From Antedon mediterranea (taxonomy: Eukaryota > Animalia > Echinodermata): a stretch of 64,000 bases of DNA. Shown piece after piece: positions 63,401-64,000 of this stretch. The stretch's first letter is position 1; each line of letters opens with the position of its first letter. The notes below the pieces were generated by a model that searched no databases, was not told the DNA's origin, and was given only the letters and a program-made list of their open reading frames with translations. The DNA is taken from positions 19,327,432-19,391,431 of the forward strand of contig NC_092679.1 in assembly GCF_964355755.1 (NCBI RefSeq), in the 5' to 3' direction. The position numbers were made by a program, and so were the translations under genes.

Positions 63401-63985
63401 CACCCGATGTGACATGGATGGGGTGATATCGTTAAATTGTGTATGATGTTTTAGAATTGAACCTGGTCTAGCCTTACACAACTTACTAGGCCTATACTAA
63501 CTTTTCTATAAACTATTAATGGCGCAGGTAAGACTACATCCCTATTTCGTTTTTATCATATTCATGTTTAGTTTTTTTTTTAATAAAAAGACTTGAACAA
63601 ATGTTGTTTTTCCTTTTTTTAGTTTAAAAAGTCTTGTAATTCTCTCTCAATTTGTATCTTTTCGTTTTAATTGTTATTATTTTGTATTATACTATAACTT
63701 TATTTGATATTTAATCAACAATAAATAAAGAAATTTTGAATATCAAACCTGTGAGTTGGAATCCATTCACAGATTTGTCATCGTCCGGCAGCGAGAACAT
63801 CCATCCCATGAACTCGCCAATCGTTGACAATATCTGCATTGTTAGCCCAAGATCTTCGTCAACAGGGCTTACGGCCACGTAAGCTCTGCCCTCATTTATG
63901 ACCCCAAAGGTATGAAGGTCTAAATCAACGAACGGTACGCCATTGATGTTGCCATTCATAAGACCACTCGCCCGAATATCGGTAT
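54401..63985 (-). CDS. NID: Nidogen/entactin (G2F - 7 EGF - YWTD propeller - EGF), 5'-partial
   Basis: Exons 63985-63749, 62009-61809, 61282-61049 (G2F: [49 protein letters not shown]); EGF exons 60801-60673, 59971-59858, 59715-59602, 58783-58661, 57982-57869, 57106-56978, 56558-56436; YWTD exons 56347-56114, 55993-55822, 55550-55393, 55209-55080, 54910-54795; final EGF exon 54531-54401 (TAG). NIDO domain lies beyond the right edge. Confidence 0.93.
55656..55697 (-). ncRNA. Minimal type I hammerhead ribozyme-like motif (Penelope-like element remnant)
   Basis: Minus strand CUC-CUGAGGA-C-GAUCAA(AGCAUA)UUGAUC-GAAA-CG-UA-GAG. It has the core CUGANGA and GAAA, a 6-bp stem II, a palindromic ACGU mini stem III, a GUA cleavage triplet and a 3-bp stem I. 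Confidence 0.55.
56801..56941. mobile_element. PIF/Harbinger-type MITE, family B
   Basis: TAA|ATCTTGGTTCCCACTAGGAC...GTCCTAGTGGGAACCAAGCT|TAA. Relatives at about 58913-59201, 59398-59547, 60852-61002 and 61458-61663, all within nidogen introns. Confidence 0.8.
57699..57854. mobile_element. PIF/Harbinger-type MITE, family A
   Basis: TTA|AGCTCTGTCTACAC...GTAGACAGAGCT|TAA. Confidence 0.82.
58113..58532. repeat. About 147-bp tandem repeat, 3 copies
   Basis: AAACGGCGCCCCGTATTAACCACACTGAATGATCTAAATAACTATAGTGGGTCAACTCATGAGACC... at 58113, 58261, 58407. Confidence 0.92.
58913..59201. mobile_element. Family-B MITE with internal about 90-bp triplication
   Basis: AGCTTGGTTCTCACTTGGA...TCCAAGTGAGAATCAAG termini; TTTGACCAATCATGACGCGATCATGGATCATTTGAACTGTGATTAGTCGTCGTTGCATCCAA x3. 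Confidence 0.78.
60419..60561. mobile_element. PIF/Harbinger-type MITE, family A
   Basis: TAA|AGCACTTTCTACACTATCAAAC...GTTTGATAGTGTAGACAGAGCT|TAA. Confidence 0.8.
61458..61663. mobile_element. PIF/Harbinger-type MITE, family B
   Basis: TAA|AGCTTGGTTCTTACTAG...CTAGTGGGAACCACGCT|TAA. Confidence 0.78.
62750..63122 (+). promoter_or_regulatory. Candidate promoter and short first exon antisense within a nidogen intron
   Basis: TGACGTCA (62758-62765), TGCGCATGCG (62938-62947), ACAATGG start at 63073, donor GTAAGT at 63117, followed by a TAGGCCTA-rich tract like the first introns of other genes here. Confidence 0.35.
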
Positions 63986-64000
63986 CTAAAATATGAAAAC

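Overview
AT-rich, intron-rich eukaryotic (invertebrate metazoan) genomic DNA, not prokaryotic. A non-vertebrate deuterostome is plausible from the gene structures and a Deu-domain-like SINE, but that is inference. I spliced exons by hand using GT-AG sites and frame continuity and recovered seven protein-coding genes. They are GPR137B-like (-, 3' end outside the window), an unnamed 3-exon 102-aa gene missed by the ORF track (+), GALNT7 (-, 9 exons, 598 aa), HYLS1 (+, 10 coding exons, 319 aa), TECPR2 (-, 14 coding exons, 1378 aa), RTRAF/C14orf166 (+, 7 exons, 242 aa) and nidogen (-, 5' end outside the window). Introns and intergenic DNA hold many non-autonomous transposons (PIF/Harbinger-type, Kolobok-type and Mutator/foldback-type MITEs), tRNA-derived SINEs, an L2 LINE tail, a 2.9-kb 67-bp satellite and several mini/microsatellites. 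The best leads are the hidden small gene, a minimal hammerhead-ribozyme motif in a nidogen intron, a possible antisense promoter/first exon inside another nidogen intron, and RTRAF-nidogen-GPR137 linkage that mirrors the human 14q22/1q42 arrangement. No database search was run; all gene names come from recalled family motifs.
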